DNA from: Polyangiaceae bacterium
GTDB lineage: Bacteria; Myxococcota_A; Polyangia; Polyangiales; Polyangiaceae
DNA: 64,000 nucleotides
Direction: 5' to 3'
NCBI GenBank assembly: GCA_033763455.1
Contig: JANRKO010000047.1
Coordinates: forward strand, 64,001 to 128,000
The notes under the pieces are model-generated. The model did no database searches and was not told the DNA's origin. It worked only from the letters and a program-made list of their open reading frames with translations. Positions 30,725-39,318 of the stretch are shown one piece after another (the stretch's first letter is position 1; each line of letters begins with the position of its first letter). A program made the translations under genes and the position numbers.

Positions 30725-31450
30725 TTGAACGCTGCAAACTTTGACGAGGCGCGCCGTCGCCTCGTGTACCCCCTCGACTACCCCACCCTCGAAGAAGCAC
30801 GTGCGGGTGCCGAGCTCATCGCTGAACACGTGGGCGTCTTAAAAGTTGGCTTGGAGTTGTTCGTGCGGGTGGGGCCTGCTGCCCTGGCGCTCGGGCGCCA
30901 ACTGGGCTGCGAGGTCTTTTTGGATCTCAAGCTACACGACATCCCGGCAACCGTTGATGGGGCCGTGGCTTCCGCGATTTCGCATGGCGTGCGCTACCTC
31001 ACCGTCCACGCTACGGGGGGCCAGAAGATGTTAGAGGCGGCTGCGGATCGCGTGGAGAAAGAGCAGTCGCATCTGGCGCTCCTAGCGGTAACGGTGCTCA
31101 CCTCGCTGGACGAGTCCGATTTGCGAGCAACAGGCGTGAGTTTTCCCCCGAATGAGCAAGCGCTTCGCTTAGCGGTGTTAGCTCGTAAGTCTGGAATTCG
31201 AGGGATGGTGAGTTCAGTGGCGGAGGTTTCCATGCTCCGGTCCGAGCTCGGTCCGGATGTAGTGCTCGTAACGCCAGGTATTCGTCCAGCTGGCGCCGGA
31301 ACTCAGGATCAGAAGCGGGTGGGTACTCCAGCCCAGGCAATGGCCGCGGGGTCTAGCTTGCTGGTCGTCGGTCGCCCCATTCGCGAAGCAAGCGATCCGC
31401 GCGCCGCCGCAGAGGCCATCCGTCGCGAAGTCGCGGAAGCGTTGGCTTAA
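30725..31450 (+). CDS. pyrF: Orotidine-5'-phosphate decarboxylase
   Basis: KVGLEL, FLDLKLHDIPATV, VTVLTS, VTPGIRP, VVGRPI. Confidence 0.96.
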   Translation: MNAANFDEARRRLVYPLDYPTLEEARAGAELIAEHVGVLKVGLELFVRVGPAALALGRQLGCEVFLDLKLHDIPATVDGAVASAISHGVRYLTVHATGGQKMLEAAADRVEKEQSHLALLAVTVLTSLDESDLRATGVSFPPNEQALRLAVLARKSGIRGMVSSVAEVSMLRSELGPDVVLVTPGIRPAGAGTQDQKRVGTPAQAMAAGSSLLVVGRPIREASDPRAAAEAIRREVAEALA

Positions 31451-31456
31451 GCTTTC

Positions 31457-32203
31457 GTGTCCGATCCCCGAGCTAACAGTCGCTTAGTGGTGGGGCTACA
31501 GCCCGTGCGCGAGGTGGTGCGGGTCCATGGGCCGCGCTGCCTAGAAGTGCTCATTGAAGCGAGTGGTTCTCCCAGGCTCGACGCGGTCCATCGCTTTGCT
31601 ACCGATCAGGGTTGTGCGGTGGTCCGGAGAGTCTCCCGAAGCGAGCTGGATCGGTTGAGCCAGGGGGCCGTCCACCAGGGGTTGGCTGCTTTCGCTCCGC
31701 CACTCCGGTTCACGGACATCGCCGAGCTCATCGTTTCCGCAGATTTGGTTCTTGCTCTGGACTCGATCCAAGATCCTCAAAACTTTGGGGCGGCCATCCG
31801 GAGTGCCGTCGGCGTCGCCGGTGCAGCCGTCCTTTGGGCCGAGCATGACTCAGCGCCCCTCAGCCTCGCCACCTTCCGCGCGTCGGCCGGTGCGATCGAG
31901 CACGCTCGCCTCTGCCGGGTGCGTTCTCTCAGAAGCGCACTCGCGGATGCCCGAGCGGCGGGATTTTCGGTCGTGGGGCTGGATTCAAATGGCACCCACT
32001 CGATCCGAGACTCTCGGTTGTTGGGCCCGACCATCCTGGTGCTAGGGAGCGAACATGAGGGTCTCGCACGGGGCGTTCGGAAGGAGTGCACCGAGCTGGT
32101 GAAGCTGCCAATGGCCAAGGGTGTGGCTTCCCTGAACGCTTCGGTTGCAGCCGCACTCGCCCTGTATGAAGCAGCTTCTCAGCGAGCCATTTCAAACACT
32201 TAG
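31457..32203 (+). CDS. rlmB: 23S rRNA Gm2251 methyltransferase (SpoU family)
   Basis: HQG, LD.IQDPQNFGA.IRSA, LGSEHEGL, SLNASVAA. Confidence 0.85.
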   Translation: MSDPRANSRLVVGLQPVREVVRVHGPRCLEVLIEASGSPRLDAVHRFATDQGCAVVRRVSRSELDRLSQGAVHQGLAAFAPPLRFTDIAELIVSADLVLALDSIQDPQNFGAAIRSAVGVAGAAVLWAEHDSAPLSLATFRASAGAIEHARLCRVRSLRSALADARAAGFSVVGLDSNGTHSIRDSRLLGPTILVLGSEHEGLARGVRKECTELVKLPMAKGVASLNASVAAALALYEAASQRAISNT

Positions 32204-32455
32204 ATGCTATTGTCTGCGTGCTCACTTGAGCTCAAGCGCCGCTGACCATTCCAACTGAACAAGTGTCCGTGTGGGATATTGTTCAAATCTATTCAGTGTA
32301 TTGGACGCCAGTCTGGAGAGAATGGCGAATAACTAATTAACTTCAAATACTTAGAAACCACAGCTGAGGTGCTGACCCCCACTTCCGGAAGTGCTTCAAG
32401 TCTTACTTCAAGGGTTGGGCCTCGCCTCTTCCAAACAGGAAAAACCAAGGATCTT

Positions 32456-33559
32456 CTAACAACGCAGGATCCGTCCGAGCGCCGCTATGAACGCGTCGAT
32501 CTCCTCGGCTTGAGTGAGCTCCCCCAAGCTGATGCGCACCGCCTGACCCGCACGCTTTCGCCCCAACATGGACTCTATGACTGGCGAAAGCTCAGTAGTC
32601 CCCGCGCTGCAAGCGCTCCCGCTGGACACGCAGAACCCTTCGAGATCGAGTGCTGCTACCAGCTCATCTCCGCGCCAGCCGTGGAACGAAAGGTTGGCCA
32701 CATGGCCCAAGCGCTCGGCCTCCGAACCATTTGCGTCGGCGAAACCGACAACGCACCGTTCGATCTTGTCCCGAAGTTCAGCTAGCCGACCGCGCTCGGG
32801 CCGGAGCCGCTCCCCACGTTGAAGAGCCACACCAAACCCGACCACCAGCGAAGCGTCCACTGTACCGGGACGCAGACCGCGCTCCTGCGCGCCGCCCAGC
32901 AAAACCGGATGTGGAGCCGAACCCGGTACCCATGCGAGCACGCCAATGCCCTTAGGGCCGCGGATCTTGTGGGACGCTATCGATACCCGGTCCGCTCCGG
33001 CCCAGTGACTCGGCGGCAGCTTCCCTACCCCTTGAACCGCATCAACATGAAGCCTGAACCCGGACGCGTGGACTACATCCGCGATCGCTCGCACCGGCTG
33101 AATCACCCCCGTCTCGTGGTTCACGGCCATGACAGAGACCCACGTTCCCGGCGGAAGCCCCACCAATTGCTCGCCAACGGCAGCCGGATCGAGCCTACCG
33201 CTGGGTGGAACCGAGAGCCACATCACCTTTCCGCCACGCGCGGCTAGCGCTTCGGCAACGCGGACTACCGACGGGTGCTCCAACCTGCTGGTAGCCAGGC
33301 TTGCTGCGTCCCATAGCGCCAGATTATTCGCCTCGGTGCCCCCCGAGGTGAACAGCAAATCGCGGGGACTTACCCCAAGCAAACCTGCGACGGCTTCCCG
33401 CGTTTCGTCGACTCGCTGCCGCGCACGCCTGCCGCTCGCATGCACGCTGCTCGGGTTGCCCCAAGCCTCGGTGAGGACGCTCTGTTGAGCCGCACGCACC
33501 TCTTCGCAGAGCGGGCTAGTCGCGTTCCAATCGAGGTAAATCTCAGGGCGCTGAGTCAT
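32456..33559 (-). CDS. iscS: Cysteine desulfurase (IscS/NifS group I)
   Basis: YLDWNATSP, GNPSS.H, FTSGGTEANN, HVDAVQ, SHKI.GPKG, SSGSACS. Confidence 0.9.
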   Translation of the reverse strand: MTQRPEIYLDWNATSPLCEEVRAAQQSVLTEAWGNPSSVHASGRRARQRVDETREAVAGLLGVSPRDLLFTSGGTEANNLALWDAASLATSRLEHPSVVRVAEALAARGGKVMWLSVPPSGRLDPAAVGEQLVGLPPGTWVSVMAVNHETGVIQPVRAIADVVHASGFRLHVDAVQGVGKLPPSHWAGADRVSIASHKIRGPKGIGVLAWVPGSAPHPVLLGGAQERGLRPGTVDASLVVGFGVALQRGERLRPERGRLAELRDKIERCVVGFADANGSEAERLGHVANLSFHGWRGDELVAALDLEGFCVSSGSACSAGTTELSPVIESMLGRKRAGQAVRISLGELTQAEEIDAFIAALGRILRC

Positions 33560-33566
33560 GAACCGC

Positions 33567-34820
33567 TCAGCCCGGAGGTGGCCGGCTGGAGGGCGCGCTG
33601 TATTCGCCGCTCGGGGCACGGCCAGCGCGCTCGGCGATTACGAGGTAAAAAGCCGCGCCCTTGAGTGGAACGCCGATGACTTCCTCTTGGGCAGGAGAGG
33701 CCACCCGCACGTCACCCGAGTGCCCCCGGGCTACTCCGCGCACAATGGCCAAACCGATTCCTGTGCCGCCGTGGGACCGCGTGGGTGAGCCATCGACCTG
33801 ATAAAATGGCTCAAAAAGCCTCTCCAGCTTGTCCTGCGGAACGCCGGGACCGCTATCCGCCACGCAGAGCTCCAGATGCCCAGATTCGAGCCGCCGCAAA
33901 CGCACACCCACTTTGCCACCCCCAGGCGTGAACTTGGCAGCGTTCTCGAGCAAGTGATCGATCGCACGCGAAAGCCGCTCCGGATCCCCCAGAGCCAGAA
34001 GCGAGCCCGTTCGTGGCAAATCCGTAACTAGCTGGACCCCAGCGTCTTCGAAAGCCCGGGATTGGCGCGCAATCGAGCGATGCACCACATCCACAGCGTC
34101 GTACTCCCGAAAGACAAACTGCATGCGCCCCGTTTCCAGGGCTGTAACATCCAGGAGGCTGTCAATAAGCCGCCGCAACCGCTGCACGCAGTCATCCATG
34201 GCAGTGAGCGCCTTGGTTTGGGGCACAGCTAGTGGCCCCAACTCGTTGTCCAAGAGCAGCTTCAAATACCCCACGATAGGCGTCATGGGAGTGGCCAATT
34301 CGTGGGAAATATTGCGATAAAACTCGCGGCGTGCTTGATCTGCCACCAGCAAGCGTTCGTTCGCGTCGCTGAGCTCAGAAATCTTCTGCTCCAAGTGGGC
34401 CACAATGCGTTGCCCCTGCGCCCTCAAGTGCTCGCCGGTGGCCTGGGGCGACCCGTGTTCGCGATGTCCGCCCAAATACCCCTGAAGTGTCTGCGCAAAC
34501 GATCTCGCGTCGATGGGCTTCTGCAGAAAACCATCACAGCCAACCGCCAGACTCGTCTCCCGGTTACCTTCCGCAGTGATCGCCACAATGGGAACACTTC
34601 GCAACCCGGGCTCGGCACGCAAACGCAGGGTTACCTCATAGCCATCCAGGCCGGGAATCGCGATATCAATCAGGATGAGATCGGGCTTGCACTCCCGAGC
34701 TTTTTTGATCCCATCGAGACCATCGAACGCCTCGACAACCTCAAACCCCGCCATAGTAAGCAGCTTTCGGACCAAAAGCTGATTGGCGGCGTCGTCTTCA
34801 ATATGCAGGATTCGCGGCAT
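33567..34820 (-). CDS. Hybrid sensor histidine kinase (REC-HisKA-HATPase)
   Basis: LHIEDD/LIDIAIP receiver; SHELATP H-box; NAAKFT, DSGPG, FEPF, GTGIGL. Confidence 0.92.
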   Translation of the reverse strand: MPRILHIEDDAANQLLVRKLLTMAGFEVVEAFDGLDGIKKARECKPDLILIDIAIPGLDGYEVTLRLRAEPGLRSVPIVAITAEGNRETSLAVGCDGFLQKPIDARSFAQTLQGYLGGHREHGSPQATGEHLRAQGQRIVAHLEQKISELSDANERLLVADQARREFYRNISHELATPMTPIVGYLKLLLDNELGPLAVPQTKALTAMDDCVQRLRRLIDSLLDVTALETGRMQFVFREYDAVDVVHRSIARQSRAFEDAGVQLVTDLPRTGSLLALGDPERLSRAIDHLLENAAKFTPGGGKVGVRLRRLESGHLELCVADSGPGVPQDKLERLFEPFYQVDGSPTRSHGGTGIGLAIVRGVARGHSGDVRVASPAQEEVIGVPLKGAAFYLVIAERAGRAPSGEYSAPSSRPPPG

Positions 34821-34864
34821 GCCGGGGGTTGAACCCATAGCATGATTCGCAATACTTTTTGCCC

Positions 34865-35407
34865 ATGCCGCGCCTTACGTTCCTAGCCATTTTGCCAATT
34901 TTTGCCTGCTCCGAGCTCACCGCACCCCCGGCGGGTCAATTCGACGGTTCCGCATCGGCATCCGCGCCAGCAGGTGGAACAAAGATGGCCCCCTCCCGGC
35001 GCGAGCAGTTGGCGCAGGCTCTCGCGAACCCCAAGGCCCGCCAGCAAGCACCCGTCACCGGGAACCCGCTTCCGCCTCCCGCCGACGAAGTGCATGCCGC
35101 ACACATCCTGGTGGCTTACCGAGGCGCACAGCGCGCCCCAGCGTCTGTCACCCGGACAAAAGACGAAGCGCAACAATTAGCTCGGCGCCTCAAACAGCAA
35201 GCGTTCGATGCCCCCACCTTCGCCAAACTCGCCCAGCAGTTTTCCGATGATCCGGGTTCCCGTCCCAAAAGCGGAGATCTCGGCCGCTTCCAACGGAGCC
35301 AGATGGTCAAACCGTTCGCAGACGCCGCATTTTCGTTGTCTCCCGGCCAAGTCGCCGATGTGGTCGAGACACAGTTTGGCTTTCACGTGATTCGCCGGCT
35401 TGAGTGA
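34865..35407 (+). CDS. PpiC-type peptidyl-prolyl isomerase lipoprotein
   Basis: Lipobox IFAC; AAHILV, FA.LA..FSDD, GDLG.F, MVKPF..AAF, VETQFGFHVI. Confidence 0.9.
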   Translation: MPRLTFLAILPIFACSELTAPPAGQFDGSASASAPAGGTKMAPSRREQLAQALANPKARQQAPVTGNPLPPPADEVHAAHILVAYRGAQRAPASVTRTKDEAQQLARRLKQQAFDAPTFAKLAQQFSDDPGSRPKSGDLGRFQRSQMVKPFADAAFSLSPGQVADVVETQFGFHVIRRLE

Positions 35408-35440
35408 AGCCTCTTCGGCGTTACAACACCTCGGAGGGCA

Positions 35441-35685
35441 GAGGGAGGCGGGTGAACAACGGGTGCAAAAAGTCCGAGCGCACGAGCCCACGAATATACG
35501 GTGCGAGCAGGGGGTCCAACGCGCGCGAGAAGTACTTAGCATGACAAGGATCGCCTGAACGGCAAGAACCCCGTGAGGGAGGCGGGTGAACAACGGGTGC
35601 AATAACGCCGAGCGCGCGAGCCCACGAACATACGGTGCGAGCGGGGGTTCAGCACGCGCGAGAAGTACTTAGCATGACAAGGATC
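35441..35685. repeat. Two imperfect direct copies (about 112 bp, period about 134 bp), each ending in GTACTTAGCATGACAAGGATC
   Basis: Copies 35441-35552 and 35575-35685 aligned by eye. Confidence 0.9.
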
Positions 35686-35840
35686 TATCACTGGAGCGCA
35701 GCTCCCGAACCAAGAAAATCCCTCTCCGCCAATAACCACCGTAACGGAAGACGCGTTGGACCTTGAGGGAGGTTCCGGCGGGGCCTCGCGTAGTGTAAGC
35801 TCAGCACCATTCGCTTAGCCTTCATTTGAGGACGCCCGCT

Positions 35841-36503
35841 ATGATTTCGTCAAATTACGTCAAGTTTGCTGCCTGTGCCGTCTTGGGTTCCCTGGTTGCT
35901 CTCGGTTGCACCATTACAACGGGCGATGGAGATTTTGATGGATTTGGTGGTGCTGATAGCGCGGGCGGTTCAAATTCTGGCGGTGGGAAGGCCACTGGCG
36001 GCACCGGAGGAAAGGCTTCCGGCGGCGCTAGCTCAGGGGGAACATCATCGGGCGGCGCGGCAACGGGTGGAAGCAATACTTCAGGTGGGGCGGCGAGCGG
36101 TGGAAGCACCACCGGCGGCAATGGAAGCGGCGGCGCGGCAGATGAAGTGATGTGCAACGACGCCGGCACCCTGATGCCCACCACCGTGTTGGTCACCTGT
36201 GCAGCGGATGACCCGAATAATCCCTGCCAAACATGTATTGCCAGTAAGTGCTGCGCTGAATTCGAAACGTGTCGAGGTGGTTCGCCTCGCACCGCGTGCG
36301 GTTATGGCGGGCTCACGGGGGCCGGTGAGGCCAAGGAGGTGCAGGCTTGCATCAAGAAGGCAGAACTAACCGACCCCATGACGATCATGGACTGTGAGAT
36401 GGAAAACAAGACCCCCAACTGCGCCGGGGTCGATCCCAACACACACACGCTCATCCAGTGCCTCAAGGCGAAGTGCGATCTGGAGTGCCTGCAGCCTGAC
36501 TGA
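35841..36503 (+). CDS. Gly-rich/Cys-rich lipoprotein
   Basis: Lipobox ALGC, GGS linker, C-terminal CxxC..CC cluster. Confidence 0.75.
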   Translation: MISSNYVKFAACAVLGSLVALGCTITTGDGDFDGFGGADSAGGSNSGGGKATGGTGGKASGGASSGGTSSGGAATGGSNTSGGAASGGSTTGGNGSGGAADEVMCNDAGTLMPTTVLVTCAADDPNNPCQTCIASKCCAEFETCRGGSPRTACGYGGLTGAGEAKEVQACIKKAELTDPMTIMDCEMENKTPNCAGVDPNTHTLIQCLKAKCDLECLQPD

Positions 36504-36670
36504 GGCAACTGTCAACCTCACCCCGATCCGTACCCGCTGTACCGGATGCTGTGGCCGCCTGGCCATTGCTGGCCCACTGCACTCGCCTTTCTCCTCAAAG
36601 TCACCTAGTTGCTTTTTTTGTAGGAGCTCCCCTCACTCACGGGGTGCGAGTGTGATACCCTTCGCCGCGC

Positions 36671-37333
36671 ATGTTAACGGTTGGTTGTGCTGGTTTTGCA
36701 GTTCCAGCAACGCGGTATTTCAAAGAGTACCTGTTCGTAGAAGTTCAGGAGACACACGTGGCCATTCCCGGGCCGGGCACCGTACGGCGCTGGCGCCGGG
36801 AAGCTCCTGAAGGGTTCGAGTTTGCGGTTCTTGGGCCTAAGCAGGTAGGGCTGGATGGGTTCAGATCCGGAGCCGAGTTGGATGCAGCCCTCCAGGTGCT
36901 GGTGGACGTGGCGGCCGATCTCAACGCCAAAACGGCTGTATTCGTAGCTCCGCCTGATTTCACGAACACCCGGACAAACAAATCAGCCTTAAAAGATTTC
37001 CTGAAAGCAGCTCGCGCGCGTTTCGACACGGTTGTGTTTGAAGGCGGCCCAGCTTGGAAGGCAGACGACCTAGACAAGCTTGCCGCCGAAACGGACACGT
37101 TGGCCGTTCGGGATCCCCTGCACCAGGGCCTATCAAAACGTGAAGTGGCTTATTACCGGCTGCCCGGCCCTGCAGGCCGCAAGTCACGCTACGAAGATCC
37201 GGCCATCGAACGTTTGGCAGAAATCGCGCAGGAAGATCTTTCGCAGAACGCCACTTACGTGTTCGCCAACGTAGATATGTTTGCGGACGCCAAGCGCTTC
37301 AAAAAGGCCATGGGGCTACCCACCAACGGTTAG
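36671..37333 (+). CDS. DUF72-domain protein
   Basis: VGCAGF, VEVQ.T, WR..APEGFEF, YYRLPG, YVF.N..MF.DA. Confidence 0.8.
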   Translation: MLTVGCAGFAVPATRYFKEYLFVEVQETHVAIPGPGTVRRWRREAPEGFEFAVLGPKQVGLDGFRSGAELDAALQVLVDVAADLNAKTAVFVAPPDFTNTRTNKSALKDFLKAARARFDTVVFEGGPAWKADDLDKLAAETDTLAVRDPLHQGLSKREVAYYRLPGPAGRKSRYEDPAIERLAEIAQEDLSQNATYVFANVDMFADAKRFKKAMGLPTNG

Positions 37334-37354
37334 AACCCACCCGGCTTGGCGGCG

Positions 37355-37879
37355 CTATGGCAGATCGTCGCTTGCCACGGGCAGCCCCAAGATTCGCTCG
37401 GCAAGGGCTTGGCCGGTCGCCTCAGCGGCCCTGCGAATAGCCTTTTCACGCTCAACGTTGTTGGCTGCCGCGCCCGCCGCGTGCCCATAGGCGCGGGTCC
37501 GTCGAACGTCCCCGGTGCTGCGGGTGGGGGCCTCGCCCTTAGCGCTCAGCACCCAAGCTCTAGCTGTAACGGAGACCTCGCTCCCGCGCCCCAACGGAAC
37601 ACCGGGCTTGAGCTCCAGCACACCCACCGGCCGCTCATCCACCCGTACCACCTCCAGCTCCACCCGAGGGTAGCCATCTGACCAGCTGTAAGCGGCGTTC
37701 TGGGAAAGCGCCGTCCTCAATCCATCCACAGCCCCCCCGACCGCTCCGAGGTACGCCACGCGGGACTTTGGAGCCGCCACCGACAAGCGCACTTTCCCAG
37801 GAAATTCCGCGTAAACCGAGCGATACCCGCACCCGTGCAGCACCGCAAGCATCAAACCGAAAAGTGGGCCAAGTTTCAC
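37355..37879 (-). CDS. LptE-like lipoprotein
   Basis: Lipobox LHGC-GY typical of LptE, C-terminal helix ERE.AIRRAAE; lies downstream of leuS on the same strand. Confidence 0.55.
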   Translation of the reverse strand: MKLGPLFGLMLAVLHGCGYRSVYAEFPGKVRLSVAAPKSRVAYLGAVGGAVDGLRTALSQNAAYSWSDGYPRVELEVVRVDERPVGVLELKPGVPLGRGSEVSVTARAWVLSAKGEAPTRSTGDVRRTRAYGHAAGAAANNVEREKAIRRAAEATGQALAERILGLPVASDDLP

Positions 37880-37887
37880 GGGAAACA
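37872..37887. promoter_or_regulatory. parS-like site
   Basis: AGTTTCACGGGAAACA, 14/16 match to TGTTTCACGTGAAACA. Confidence 0.55.
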
Positions 37888-37892
37888 ACAGA

Positions 37893-37901
37893 TTATCCAC
37901 A
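37893..37901 (+). promoter_or_regulatory. DnaA box
   Basis: Perfect TTATCCACA. Confidence 0.5.
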
Positions 37902-37989
37902 GCTCCCCAGATGTCTAGCAACTAAACAGACGAGCACTCACCAGGCATTCAGCTCGAACCACCTCAAGGCCCCTCACAAGTTACCGCCG

Positions 37990-39318
37990 TTAGGCCAAGA
38001 ACCCGGGGAGATCACCCTTAGCGAAATCCGGGTGACCGAAACTTGTATCCGGTACATCGAACGCGTGAAGGATAGATAGCAGCAATTGGCTGTGTGGGAC
38101 GGCGCCGTATTCCATGTAGCGCCCACCTGGAACGCGCCCGCCTAAAGTTCCCGCCACCAAGAACGGCATATTCACCAGTGTGTGGAGATTCCCCTTCGAA
38201 ACCTCGCTGCACCAGACCACCAGCGTGTTGTCGAGGGCGCTCCCCTCGCCCTCGGCGATCGCTCCCAAGGAATCCATGAAATGCGCAAGCATCTGCGCAT
38301 GCCACGTATGGCGCGTCACTACTTCCTGAGTGGCGGCGACGTCGTTATCGCCCGAATGTGAGAGGGTGTGGCCGGAGCCGAGGCTACCGAGCCAGGGGTA
38401 GCGGATCCGATTGAGGGCATTTGAAATCTGAACGCTGCCGACCCGCGTAAGATCACACGCAAAAGCGAGCGCCAAGAACTCGAAATGGAGCCGAACAATC
38501 TCAGGCATTTCGGCCTCGCCTTCGGGATCTTGTTCCGAAGGCGTCGCAGGCTTCGCACACACGGCCCCGCCGCTGGCGGACGCTGTGAGGCGGGCCTCCA
38601 AATCCCGAACCAAATCGAGGTGCCTTTCCAGCTTCGTCGCGTCGTTGGAGCTCACCTGCTTTTTCAGGATCCCATATTGCTCCTGTACTGTGTCCAACAC
38701 GGATTTCCGCTTCGCGATCACCTGCGCGGCCAGGTTCACCGGTACATCCAGGTTCGCAAACAAGCGGTTGAATACTTCGAGCGGCGTATTCATGGGCGGC
38801 AAGGGATTGCCGGGCCCTGCGTAGCTGATGCGGGCCTGGACATCCGCTTGCGTGCACCGCGCCGCGAGCTCCAGGCTCTTGATCGGGACGCTCGCGCCCA
38901 CAGCGGTTGCCACCACTTGGTCGATACTCACGCCATTTGCCCAGCCGGCATTGGCCCCGCAACCATCTACGAATTTGCCCTCTTGGAGCTCCCGCCCCGT
39001 AAAAAGCGCCCCGATCCCGCGTTGGTGTGGCCCTCCGGGGCCAACCCCCGTGACGGAAAGATCAACGCCGCCAAGGATGGTGAGGCGTGATTTGTGGGCC
39101 TCTAGCGGGGTCAACGTCGTGTTCAAATCAAATGACGTGGGGCCCGTTACGTTCTTGGGCCACCAAGCGCTCTGGATGGTGCCATTGGGCGTGTACATGA
39201 GCACCAGGCGCCGCGGAGTTGCTGCCATTTGCGCCCGAACCTGCAATGAATCCAGAAGCGGGAGCGCCACCAAAGCTCCGGCCGTGCCGCGCAGGAAGTG
39301 CCGCCTCCCCAACTTCAC
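37990..39318 (-). CDS. DUF1552-domain protein with Tat-like signal
   Basis: GRRHFLRG...LPLL, PNG, SIDQ, ALAFACDLTRV, LDNT; GTGA overlap with the upstream gene. Confidence 0.85.
   Translation of the reverse strand: MKLGRRHFLRGTAGALVALPLLDSLQVRAQMAATPRRLVLMYTPNGTIQSAWWPKNVTGPTSFDLNTTLTPLEAHKSRLTILGGVDLSVTGVGPGGPHQRGIGALFTGRELQEGKFVDGCGANAGWANGVSIDQVVATAVGASVPIKSLELAARCTQADVQARISYAGPGNPLPPMNTPLEVFNRLFANLDVPVNLAAQVIAKRKSVLDTVQEQYGILKKQVSSNDATKLERHLDLVRDLEARLTASASGGAVCAKPATPSEQDPEGEAEMPEIVRLHFEFLALAFACDLTRVGSVQISNALNRIRYPWLGSLGSGHTLSHSGDNDVAATQEVVTRHTWHAQMLAHFMDSLGAIAEGEGSALDNTLVVWCSEVSKGNLHTLVNMPFLVAGTLGGRVPGGRYMEYGAVPHSQLLLSILHAFDVPDTSFGHPDFAKGDLPGFLA

Noticed and set aside
32322..32348. dif site
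   Set aside because: ATGGCGAATAA resembles a XerC arm, but the XerD arm matches poorly and needs a 5-bp spacer; a parS-like site nearby argues for origin proximity.
35441..35685. CRISPR or integron attC array
   Set aside because: Two long diverged copies with no unique spacers of CRISPR size; no GTTRRRY/RYYYAAC ends and no integrase.
37893..37901. oriC
   Set aside because: Single DnaA box, with no box cluster, AT-rich unwinding element or dnaA gene.
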